This document shows, piece by piece, positions 9,686 to 17,529 of a DNA stretch of 62,208 bases. The stretch comes from an uncultured Clostridia bacterium. GTDB lineage: Bacteria; Bacillota; Clostridia; Christensenellales; Borkfalkiaceae. Each line of letters opens with the position of its first letter. The first letter of the stretch is position 1. Below the pieces are notes generated by a model, which was given only the letters and a program-made list of their open reading frames with translations, searched no databases and was not told the origin of the DNA. Where the stretch lies: the NCBI GenBank assembly GCA_944354725.1, contig CALVQA010000039.1, forward strand, positions 1-62,208. The letters are read 5' to 3'. The position numbers were made by a program, and so were the translations under genes.

Positions 9686-10159
9686 ATGAAGTTGCTTGCC
9701 ATAGTGCATTCGACCCATATGGGCAACACCATGCAGATAGCCGAAGCCATGGCCGAAGTTGCTCCCCTTACTATCGCGGAGCTCGGCGATGCAGGCAAAT
9801 ATGACCTTTCGCAGTTCGATGCCGTCGGCTTCGGCGGCGGAATAAACGCCGGCAGCCACGACAAAAAACTTATGCAATATGTGCAGAAGCTGAATGCGGC
9901 GCCCGCCCTCTCGTTTGTGTTTTCTACCAGCGCCTCAGGCAAAGGCAGAAAGCAGAACGCAAAGCTCATAAAACTGCTCGAAGAAAAAGGAAGCAAAGTT
10001 TTGGGTTCGTTCGGATGCAAAGGGCTGTGCAGATTCTTTGTTTTCGCCATAGGCGGCGGAATAAATAAGGGCAAGCCCGACATTGACGACTTCGATGCGG
10101 CGCAGAGCTTTATTGAGGACATGATGAAGAGCGTAGAACTTGAAAAAAAGGGCAAATAA
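9686..10159 (+). CDS. Flavodoxin-family protein
   Basis: The N-terminus MKLLAIVHSTHMGNT is a flavodoxin-like FMN phosphate loop, and the length is 157 aa. An RBS GAGGAAG is present. The gene starts 18 nt after the PadR-like gene, so the two are probably co-transcribed. Confidence 0.7.
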   Translation: MKLLAIVHSTHMGNTMQIAEAMAEVAPLTIAELGDAGKYDLSQFDAVGFGGGINAGSHDKKLMQYVQKLNAAPALSFVFSTSASGKGRKQNAKLIKLLEEKGSKVLGSFGCKGLCRFFVFAIGGGINKGKPDIDDFDAAQSFIEDMMKSVELEKKGK

Positions 10160-10172
10160 CAGAATATTAAAC

Positions 10173-10204
10173 AGCTACCCCCGTGCAGACGCACGGGGGT
10201 AGCT
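10173..10204 (+). terminator. Stem-loop terminator after the flavodoxin gene
   Basis: The stem agctacccccgtgc / gcacgggggtagct has a 4-nt loop and is followed by a weak T-rich tail (tagttta). Confidence 0.5.
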
Positions 10205-10249
10205 TAGTTTATGCCATTCCCCCCCGCCACGCGATCTTGCCAAAGCGCA

Positions 10250-10452
10250 TGCCTCCCGTTTTAGGGGAGGTGTTTCGCGTATGCGAGGCGAAGGGGTCAA
10301 CTTGAATAGGTGTTGAGCGGAGTTAACCCCTCAGTCACTGCGTGACAGCTCCCCTAAAGGGGAGCCAAGGAGTTCCGTCATATCTATCCCATTAAAGGGG
10401 AGCTAAGGTATTGCCGCCCCTTTTGAAGGAAGCTGAGAGATGGCCTCACCAC
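10250..10452. repeat. Copy A of a 203-nt direct repeat made of consecutive hairpins
   Basis: It aligns to 10595-10797 with about a dozen mismatches by manual alignment. It contains the hairpins cctccc-N6-ggggagg, gtcac-tgc-gtgac and gctcccc-taaa-ggggagc. Confidence 0.85.
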
Positions 10453-10594
10453 TTAAAGGGGAGCCGAGGGATACGCCACTTGCCCCCACCCACGCTTGAA
10501 TACATTACTACTATAAGAGAACCGAGGGATAGCCCACTACTTTAAGGAGCGAGTAAAGAGCGTGCCGAGGCCATCGGCTTCCGCAGAAAAACCT

Positions 10595-10797
10595 TGCCTC
10601 CCATTTTAGGGGAGGTGGCTCGCGCATGCGAGGCGAAGGGGTCAACTTGAATAGGTGTTGAGCGGAGTTAACCCCTCAGTCACTGCGTGACAGCTCCCCT
10701 AAAGGGGAGCCAAGGAATTCCGTCATATCAGTCCCCTTAAAGAGGAGCTAAGGTATTACCGCCCCTTTTGAAGGAAGCCGAGAGATGGCCTCACCAC
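10595..10797. repeat. Copy B of the 203-nt direct repeat
   Basis: Same as copy A, offset by 345 nt. No ORF of 60 aa or more appears in the supplied track between 10195 and 10891. Confidence 0.85.
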
Positions 10798-10821
10798 GAG
10801 GGATAGCCGACGACGCAATAT

Positions 10822-10857
10822 AAAAACGGAGCCGAAAATTTCAGCTCCGTTTTTTTG
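10822..10857. terminator. Bidirectional rho-independent terminator downstream of the 825-aa gene
   Basis: The sequence aaaaacggagc..gaaaattt..gctccgttttttt has an A-run on one side and a T-run on the other. It lies 35 nt after the TAA at 10892-10894. Confidence 0.7.
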
Positions 10858-10891
10858 CGAATTTATTTACTTTCGCATTCGGTCATTGAAT

Positions 10892-13369
10892 TTATGATAT
10901 GGAACTAAACGAAATATTGTAATTAACATCAAAATCATCCAATTGATAGTCATCTAACGACGGCTCGTCATGATATACAACTTTCCACTTCTGACCGTAT
11001 ATATCACTGTAATCATTTCTTTCGGCACGCTCTATATAGTCCTCATGAGTGGGAGAACCCGAAAGTTCGTCAATTCCGCCAATAATATTAGCCGTAAGAG
11101 TATTAGTAAAATAATATCTTCCATTGTCACTCCTGACTTCAAAAACTTCGGGGTTCTTATCAAGAGATATATAAGAAGTATTAGTACTATAATCCCAATT
11201 TATATCAAATGCCCAGTTCCAACCGATCCTGAACTTAAAGTTTACCTTTTCGCCAGCTTTAAAAGTTTTATTTAACGGACTGTTTTCAGACTTCAATATC
11301 TCAACAAGTTCATCAATATTGCGCAGATAGCAATTCTCGCATGTGTTGCACTTAAAGTAGTAATCTACATAATTTGCGTTAGGATTATAAAGTGCCGTAG
11401 GATCACTGCTATGATCATGATCGTTGCACCTTTCGCATCCTTCACAAAATTTAACAAGCGAGCAAGTGCCGGCTTCATCGTCCCAGATTCCTATATAGAA
11501 CCGCATGGGATAAAATGTAATCGTATCATCATAATAGTCACTTGTAAATTTCATATAGTTAGCTACGGGGGCATTACCCTCAGAGTCGGTGACGATAAAA
11601 TCTAACCTGACATCATCTACAAGCGCCGTTTGAGATGTTAACGTTACATCAACACTCTGGAAACCACCTGCCGCAATTAAATCCAAATCAACTGTAGCGG
11701 CAGCACTAACAAAGAGGTCACTTGAATTACCGCTCTCAGAAGTTGTTTGGGTAGAAAAACTGCTTTGATAACCATATGTATAATCGAGCTGAACATCGAT
11801 CTGCGTTCCGTTTGTTTTGCCGCACACACACTCGTTATTTTCACCATACGAATGCTCGGCATATTCAATGCCGCCACAGCCTTCCCTGTTGCATTCGCGC
11901 AGATGGATATCATCATATATCACATATGCGCTCCAGTCGTGGCTGAGCGCATCTCCCTCGATCGCGCCGCACACGGCGCAGGTTTTGGGAGCGGTGCAGG
12001 TGGCCTCTATCCATACATGTTCGGCTATGGGCAGATCCTGGGTTTTTTGCGCGCCGCAAGCGGTGCAGGTATAAACTATTTTCCCTTCGCTCTCGCAAGT
12101 AGGAAGGGTAACGACGCCGTTGCCCCAATCGTGCGCGCCTGTTGCAGGAATGGCGGCGGAAATCGTATCGCCGCAGCCCGTGCAGGTAAACACGACACTG
12201 CCTGCCGTCGTGCAGCCGGGCGCCGTTATTACAGGCTTTCCGTAGTCGTGCCCTTCAGAAGCGGGGAAAGTTATTTCCAAAGTCTCTTCGCAATCTTTGC
12301 ACGAGTAAACTATCTTGCCTTCGCTCGTCTCGGTGGCAGGCGTTACCTCCCCGTTTTCAAAATCCCAGTCATGCACGCCCGTCGCGGCGACAGCCTTCGT
12401 TTTTACGGTACCGCAATCGAGGCAGGTAAACAACATTTCGCCTTCACCCTCGCAGTCGGCAGGGACGCTCAAAACGCCGTCGTCCCATCTGTGCACACCT
12501 GAAGCGGGAGTGAGCACCTCCACCGTCATGCCGCAGTCAAGGCAGGCATATTCTATGATCCCGCCCTTATTGCAGACAGCGGCAACCTTTACCTTACCGT
12601 TTTCGAAATCGTACCTGTGCTCGCCGTTGAGCGATATCGTAACGTCGAACGACTTGCCGCAGTCGGCACAAACATATTCGAGTTCGACTATCTCCTTGCA
12701 GTTTTCGGGAACAGTAATGTTTATCACATCCCAGTCATGCACGCCCGTTGCGGGGATAACGGCCGTTTCGGTGTGGCCGCAGTCGGCGCAGACATACTCA
12801 AGCTCGCCGTCATGCGTGCAGGTGGGCGCCTTTACCTCTTTGCTCTGAACAAGGTCGTGCCCTAAAGCGCTGCCCTTTATTATGCGTGTATCGGTCGCGT
12901 CGCAGCGGGAGCATACCGCCGTTTCGGTGCCGTCGGAAGCACACGAAGCATCGCCGTTGGATATGTAGGTCTTGAATTCATGCCCGAGCGCCTCGCCGTC
13001 GGAATACCCGCACACGCTGCACTGCCTGGGAGCTTCGCATGAAGCCGCCACCCAAACGTGGCCCGCGGCGGCAATGAGCGCATCCTCTTCTTTTATCTCG
13101 TGTTTGCCGTCTTTATCTTCAAAATATTTACCACAACCGGCACAATACCAATATTCCGAGTTGCCGCCGACGGTACAGGTCGCCTCCGCGGAGGAAAAGT
13201 GCGTGAGCTCGTGCCGGTGAACAAACAGAAAAACAAGGCTGAGAATAAGCGCAACGATAAGAACTGCTATTATAGCGAACGATGCGGCTTTAAAGGCTTT
13301 AGAACTGCCCGAAGGGCCTTTACCTGCAGCCCCGCCGCCCGCTTCGCTAAGTTTTTCTCTGTCATCCAT
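10892..13369 (-). CDS. Membrane-anchored Cys-rich repeat protein of unknown function (N-terminal TM helix, ~10 C-x2-C repeat modules, unrelated AT-rich-encoded C-terminal ~300 aa)
   Basis: A strong RBS AAAGGAGA precedes the ATG at 13369. The TM segment is FKAASFAIIAVLIVALILSLVFLFV. Repeated modules have the form ...C....G...Y.C..CG.......A.G.H.W. About eleven C-x2-C motifs occur in the first ~520 aa. I recognise no enzymatic domain. Confidence 0.8.
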   Translation of the reverse strand: MDDREKLSEAGGGAAGKGPSGSSKAFKAASFAIIAVLIVALILSLVFLFVHRHELTHFSSAEATCTVGGNSEYWYCAGCGKYFEDKDGKHEIKEEDALIAAAGHVWVAASCEAPRQCSVCGYSDGEALGHEFKTYISNGDASCASDGTETAVCSRCDATDTRIIKGSALGHDLVQSKEVKAPTCTHDGELEYVCADCGHTETAVIPATGVHDWDVINITVPENCKEIVELEYVCADCGKSFDVTISLNGEHRYDFENGKVKVAAVCNKGGIIEYACLDCGMTVEVLTPASGVHRWDDGVLSVPADCEGEGEMLFTCLDCGTVKTKAVAATGVHDWDFENGEVTPATETSEGKIVYSCKDCEETLEITFPASEGHDYGKPVITAPGCTTAGSVVFTCTGCGDTISAAIPATGAHDWGNGVVTLPTCESEGKIVYTCTACGAQKTQDLPIAEHVWIEATCTAPKTCAVCGAIEGDALSHDWSAYVIYDDIHLRECNREGCGGIEYAEHSYGENNECVCGKTNGTQIDVQLDYTYGYQSSFSTQTTSESGNSSDLFVSAAATVDLDLIAAGGFQSVDVTLTSQTALVDDVRLDFIVTDSEGNAPVANYMKFTSDYYDDTITFYPMRFYIGIWDDEAGTCSLVKFCEGCERCNDHDHSSDPTALYNPNANYVDYYFKCNTCENCYLRNIDELVEILKSENSPLNKTFKAGEKVNFKFRIGWNWAFDINWDYSTNTSYISLDKNPEVFEVRSDNGRYYFTNTLTANIIGGIDELSGSPTHEDYIERAERNDYSDIYGQKWKVVYHDEPSLDDYQLDDFDVNYNISFSSIS

Positions 13370-13476
13370 AAAAATTCTCCTTTAACTGATCTACCGAATC
13401 AAATCGGCGAAAATATTGTTAAAGGCATGCCCTTTTAGAGGTTTTTGCCGAAAACGTATAAAAAAACCGATATCGC

Positions 13477-13519
13477 AAAAAACAAATAAAAAAGCGTGCC
13501 TCACATTGCGGAGACACGC
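13477..13519 (-). terminator. Leader (attenuator) terminator inside the 5' UTR of the Cys-rich protein gene
   Basis: The minus-strand RNA reads GCGUGUCUC-cgcaaugu-GAGGCACGC followed by UUUUUUAUUUGUUUUUU. It lies 108 nt upstream of the start codon. Confidence 0.55.
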
Positions 13520-13632
13520 CCTGCACCCGTATCTCCGAATGTTGGCACACAAATCTCCAGAGCATAGGAAAATAGAGAGATACAAAAATGCCCACTTGTA
13601 TCCCATGCTCTGTATTATTAAATTTGTGTGCC
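13509..13632 (-). promoter_or_regulatory. Structured leader: an 89-nt three-stem hairpin (13544-13632) plus an antiterminator hairpin (13509-13537) that overlaps the terminator 5' arm
   Basis: P1 is GGCACACAAAU/AUUUGUGUGCC, P2 is CAGAGCAU/AUGCUCUG and P3 is GGGAUACAA/UUGUAUCUC. The antiterminator CGGAGAUAC/GUGUCUCCG shares GUGUCUC with the terminator stem. Confidence 0.45.
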
Positions 13633-13638
13633 GAGGTA

Positions 13639-13667
13639 ATTATATCACGTACGGCACTAAAAATCAA
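13639..13667 (-). promoter_or_regulatory. Putative promoter of the Cys-rich protein gene (TTGATT-17 nt-TGaTATAAT)
   Basis: The minus strand reads TTGATTtttagtgccgtacgTGATATAAT. The predicted transcription start falls at the first G of the P1 stem (~13632). Confidence 0.6.
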
Positions 13668-13706
13668 CAAAAAGGACGGAGGAAAAGATTTCCTTCGTCC
13701 TTTTGC
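13668..13706 (-). terminator. rny terminator
   Basis: The minus-strand hairpin AAAGGACGAAGGAAA-ucuu-UUCCUCCGUCCUUU is followed by UUGUUGAUUUUU. It lies 20 nt after the rny stop. Confidence 0.65.
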
Positions 13707-13726
13707 CAAAAGGCGTTGCCTTCTAT

Positions 13727-15346
13727 TTATTTTGCGTATTCAACGCTTCTGAATTCCCTTATAACGTTGACTTTTATCTGCCCGGGATATTCAAGCTCCG
13801 ACTCTATCTTCTTTGCTATATCCTTGGCGAGGAACAACGCCTGCGCGTCGTCTATCTGTTCCGGTTTTACTATTACGCGCACTTCCCTGCCCGCCTGGAT
13901 GGCATAGCTCTTATCCACCCCGTTAAAGCCGGAAGCGATCTCCTCGAGTTTTTCGAGCCTCTTTACGTAGTTGGTGCCGGTCTCTCTCCTCGCGCCGGGG
14001 CGCGCGCCCGAGATCGCGTCGGCGGCGGCAACGAGAACGGCCTCCACCGTTTTGGGCTCAACGTCGCCGTGGTGCGCCTCTATTGCGTTTACGATATTGG
14101 CGTTTTCTTTATACTTCTTTGCAAGGTCGGCGCCCAGACGGATGTGAGTGCCCTCCTGCTCGTGGTCGACGGCTTTGCCTATATCGTGTAAAAGCCCCGC
14201 GCGTTTGGCAAAGTTCACGTCTAAGCCGAGCTCCTGAGCCATGAGTCCCGCAAGCAGCGAAACCTCTATGGAATGACGATATACGTTCTGCCCGTAGCTC
14301 GTCCTGTATTTGAGCCTGCCTATGAGTTTGATAAGTTCGGGATGAAGGCCGAAGATGCCCACTTCGAACATCGCGCTCTCGCCCGCCTGCTTTATCTCGG
14401 TATCGAGCTCCTTTCTTACCTTTTCAACCGTCTCCTCTATACGGGCGGGATGGATCCTGCCGTCGGCGATGAGTTTTTCGAGCGAGAGCCTCGCCACTTC
14501 GCGCCTGATGGGATCGAACCCTGAGAGGATGACCACTTCCGGCGTGTCGTCTATGATGAACTCTATGCCGGTAGCATTTTCGAGGGCGCGTATGTTGCGG
14601 CCCTCCCTGCCTATTATCCTCGCCTTCATGTCGTCGCTGGGGAGCGAAACGGTGGAAACCGTTGTCTCCGCGGTGTGATCGGCGGCGCAGCGCTGTATGG
14701 CAAGGGTGATTATCTTTTTCGCTTCGTTCGAAGCCTCTTCCTTTGCCGTCTGCTCGATGTTGCGGACCTGAAGCGCCACGTCGTGCCTGGTTTCGTCGAG
14801 TATCTCGTTGGCGAGCAACGTTTTTGCCTCGTCCTTGGTGAGCTGAGCGACCTTTTCAAGCTCCTGGATCATGAGCTCGTGCTGATGGTTGATCTTATCC
14901 TGTGTTTTTTTGATCTCTTGTTCGCGATTGGCAAGATCCTTCTTCTGCTGTTCGAGGGCGTCGCTCTTTTTGCCGAGGGAATCTTCCCTCTTATCGAGAT
15001 TGTCCTCTCTCTGCGTAAGGCGCTGCTCTTGCTTTGCAAGTTCCGCGCGCTTTTCTCTGCTTTCGCGTTCGAAATCGTTTCTGAGTTTAAGTTCCTGTTC
15101 CTTTGCCTCCAATATGGCTTCTTTTTTCAAAGCTTTGCTTGCCGCCTGAGCTTCGGCTATCATTTTCTGCGCCCTTTCCGACGCCTCGCCGAGTTCAAGC
15201 TCTGCCTTTTTAGTGTTGCGCTTATGCCTTACATACAGCACGGTCACTAAAGCTAAGGCAACCGATGCAACGGCGAACAATACGATAAACGTTATCGACA
15301 GTCCGTCTGCCGCGAGAAACAGGGAGCTTATGCCGAGTAAATTCAT
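13727..15346 (-). CDS. rny: Ribonuclease Y
   Basis: It has an N-terminal TM helix, a long coiled-coil, a KH domain ([12 protein letters not shown]) and an HD domain (LLHDIGKA). An AGGAGG RBS is present. Confidence 0.93.
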   Translation of the reverse strand: MNLLGISSLFLAADGLSITFIVLFAVASVALALVTVLYVRHKRNTKKAELELGEASERAQKMIAEAQAASKALKKEAILEAKEQELKLRNDFERESREKRAELAKQEQRLTQREDNLDKREDSLGKKSDALEQQKKDLANREQEIKKTQDKINHQHELMIQELEKVAQLTKDEAKTLLANEILDETRHDVALQVRNIEQTAKEEASNEAKKIITLAIQRCAADHTAETTVSTVSLPSDDMKARIIGREGRNIRALENATGIEFIIDDTPEVVILSGFDPIRREVARLSLEKLIADGRIHPARIEETVEKVRKELDTEIKQAGESAMFEVGIFGLHPELIKLIGRLKYRTSYGQNVYRHSIEVSLLAGLMAQELGLDVNFAKRAGLLHDIGKAVDHEQEGTHIRLGADLAKKYKENANIVNAIEAHHGDVEPKTVEAVLVAAADAISGARPGARRETGTNYVKRLEKLEEIASGFNGVDKSYAIQAGREVRVIVKPEQIDDAQALFLAKDIAKKIESELEYPGQIKVNVIREFRSVEYAK

Positions 15347-15475
15347 GTAAGCCTCCTGATAAATTTGTAAATATATACGACCCTGAAACGCGGCGTTTTA
15401 AAACACCGCACCGTGCCGGAAGCAGAATGACCTCCCGTGTCCGGCAATACCGCAGGGTAAGCTATATCCTTATTA

Positions 15476-15504
15476 ATTTTACAACATTTTTGCAATAAAG
15501 TCAA
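15476..15504 (-). promoter_or_regulatory. Putative rny promoter (TTGACT-17 nt-TAAAAT)
   Basis: The minus strand reads cgTTGACTttattgcaaaaatgttgTAAAATt. It would give a ~120-nt leader. Confidence 0.5.
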
Positions 15505-15560
15505 CGTATCGCGGTTTTTTTGTAAAAATACTTTGACGACGCGTTGAAAAGTTTTACATA

Positions 15561-15589
15561 AAAAAGGCGGTAACCGTCACCGCCTTTTT
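15561..15589. terminator. Terminator after nadE (A-run/T-run flanked hairpin)
   Basis: The sequence is aaaaaggcggt-aaccgtc-accgccttttt, 18 nt downstream of the nadE stop. Confidence 0.65.
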
Positions 15590-15606
15590 ACAGAGCAAAC
15601 AAACCT

Positions 15607-17529
15607 TCAGTCCTCTCCCTCTTCCAAACATTTAAGCCACAGCGCCACGGAGGCATCGGAAGGCATCCGCCAGTCGCCGCGGGGAGAGAGCGTTACCGTG
15701 CCGACTTTTACGCCGTCGGGGATACACGAACGCTTGAACTGCTGCGAGAAAAATCTTTTATAAAAATTTTTCAGCCATTTATCTATCTCACCCGAATCGA
15801 ACTCGTCGGCAAAAGTCGCACGCGCGATGTAGCGCACCTTTTCGGGCGAAAATCCCCAGCGCACGATATAATACAAGAAAAAGTCGTGCAACATATAGGG
15901 ACCGACTATATCCTCCGTCTTTTGGGCAATGTTGCCCGAAGGGTCGGGCGGAAGGAGTTCGGGGCTTATCTCCGTATCGAGGATGATACCGAGCGTCTTT
16001 TGCGCCTCCCCGCCAAGGCGTTCGGCTTCGAACGCGATCAGATGCTTTACAAGCGTTTTGGGCACGCCGGCATTCACGGCGTACATCGACATATGATCGC
16101 CGTTGTAAGTGGCCCAACCGAGCGCAAGTTCGCTCAAATCGCCCGTGCCTACCACAAGCCCGCCCGATTTGTTTGCCAGATCCATGAGGATCATCGTGCG
16201 CATGCGCGCCTGGGCGTTTTCGTAAGTAACGTCGCGCACGGCGGGATCGTGCCCGATATCTTCGAAATGCTTAAGCACAGAGGGGGCTATCTCCACCTTT
16301 TTGAAAGTTGCCCCGACCGCGCCGATGAGATTGGTAGAACTCTTCAACGTTTTGCCCGTCGTGCCGAAGCCGGGCATCGTGACCGCGATTATATCCCTCG
16401 CGTCCTTGCCGAGTTTTCGGAACGCACGGCAGGTCACAAGCAACGCAAGCGCCGAATCGAGCCCGCCGGAAATACCTATCACCACCGTCTTTGCGCCGGT
16501 ATGCCTGAGGCGCTTTACGAGCCCCATAGTTTGAAGATCGAGAATGAGCTCGGTACGCTCTTTCAGCTTTGACCCGCCATTGGGGACGAACGGGTACTTC
16601 GGAAATTTCCGTTCAAGTTTTCCGCCGCGCGGCGTCACGGCGAATCCGACCGCCAAATGCTCTTCGGGTTCGGCACAATAGTAGGCGCTCGCGCACCTAT
16701 TCCTCTCGCCGTCGAGCTTGTCGCAGTCGATATCGGCATAGACGGCGCCGTTTTCGAACAGCTTGCTCTCACCGAGCACGGTGCCGTTTTCGCAGATAAC
16801 GTCGTGCCCCGAAAATACCATGTCGGTAGTGCTCTCGCCGTTGCCCGAATCGCAATATATATACCCGCAGATGAGCTTTGACGACTGCATCTTCACAAGA
16901 TCCCTGCGATATTCGGGCTTGCCCGCCACTTCGTCGCTGCAGGAAAGGTTGACTATGATGTTCGCACCTGCGAGAGCGTGCCCCACCGAGGGCGGCGCGG
17001 GCACCCAAAGATCTTCGCATATCTCTGCCGACACCGTGAAATTCGGAATGCGCTCCGACTTAAACACGATATTCGTACCGAAAGGAACTTTAAAGCCGCA
17101 CAGCTCTATCTCGGAAACGCCCTTGCCCGCCGGGCAAAAATAGCGTCTCTCGTAAAATTCGCCGTAGTTCGGTATATTTTTTTTGGGGACGACGCCGAGC
17201 AGCCTGCCTCCGCAGACCGCGACGGCACAGTTGTAGAGCCTGCCGTCCCTCTCTATCGGCGCACCTATAAAAAGCAACGCATCCCACTCTTTGCTGCGCT
17301 CGACAAGCCGTCCGAGCGCGTCGAGCACCCCGTTCTGCAACGCGCGCTGGTTGAACAGATCGCCGCAAGTATATCCGCATAACGAAAGCTCGGGAAATAC
17401 AACGAGTGCGGCTCCCTTTTTTACCGCGTCGGCCGCCGCCGACGCCATGGAATTTTCGTTGAACGGTATGTCGGCCACCCTGATTTCCGGAGTGACGGCG
17501 CATACCCTTACAAAACCGTAGCGGTTCAC
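15607..17529 (-). CDS. nadE: Glutamine-dependent NAD+ synthetase (CN-hydrolase domain plus NAD synthase domain)
   Basis: At 640 aa it has an N-terminal nitrilase-like domain ([17 protein letters not shown]) and a C-terminal PP-loop GISGGLDSA. The GTG start has AGGAGA upstream and overlaps the recA stop (GTGA). Confidence 0.9.
   Translation of the reverse strand: MNRYGFVRVCAVTPEIRVADIPFNENSMASAAADAVKKGAALVVFPELSLCGYTCGDLFNQRALQNGVLDALGRLVERSKEWDALLFIGAPIERDGRLYNCAVAVCGGRLLGVVPKKNIPNYGEFYERRYFCPAGKGVSEIELCGFKVPFGTNIVFKSERIPNFTVSAEICEDLWVPAPPSVGHALAGANIIVNLSCSDEVAGKPEYRRDLVKMQSSKLICGYIYCDSGNGESTTDMVFSGHDVICENGTVLGESKLFENGAVYADIDCDKLDGERNRCASAYYCAEPEEHLAVGFAVTPRGGKLERKFPKYPFVPNGGSKLKERTELILDLQTMGLVKRLRHTGAKTVVIGISGGLDSALALLVTCRAFRKLGKDARDIIAVTMPGFGTTGKTLKSSTNLIGAVGATFKKVEIAPSVLKHFEDIGHDPAVRDVTYENAQARMRTMILMDLANKSGGLVVGTGDLSELALGWATYNGDHMSMYAVNAGVPKTLVKHLIAFEAERLGGEAQKTLGIILDTEISPELLPPDPSGNIAQKTEDIVGPYMLHDFFLYYIVRWGFSPEKVRYIARATFADEFDSGEIDKWLKNFYKRFFSQQFKRSCIPDGVKVGTVTLSPRGDWRMPSDASVALWLKCLEEGED

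Noticed and set aside
10205-10821. Possible CRISPR array, given the repeated units in a non-coding region.
   Set aside because: The exact repeats are 203 nt long and present only twice. The short recurring motif is degenerate and irregularly spaced (28-60 nt). There is no repeat-spacer regularity, and there are no cas genes in the window.
13391-13606. 71-aa Cys-rich ORF (MGYKWAFLYLSIFLCSGDLCANIRRYGCRACL...) inside the leader of the Cys-rich protein gene, considered as a Cys-codon leader peptide.
   Set aside because: There is no Shine-Dalgarno sequence upstream of its ATG, which is buried in stems P2/P3. The ORF also runs straight through the terminator U-tract, which encodes FLFVF. Derepression of a Cys-rich protein under Cys starvation would be counter-intuitive. 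It is kept only as a minor alternative in the leader finding.
13416-13907. 163-aa plus-strand ORF spanning the leader region and the 3' end of rny.
   Set aside because: It crosses a terminator and a promoter on the other strand and overlaps rny antisense. It has no RBS and the sequence is not protein-like.
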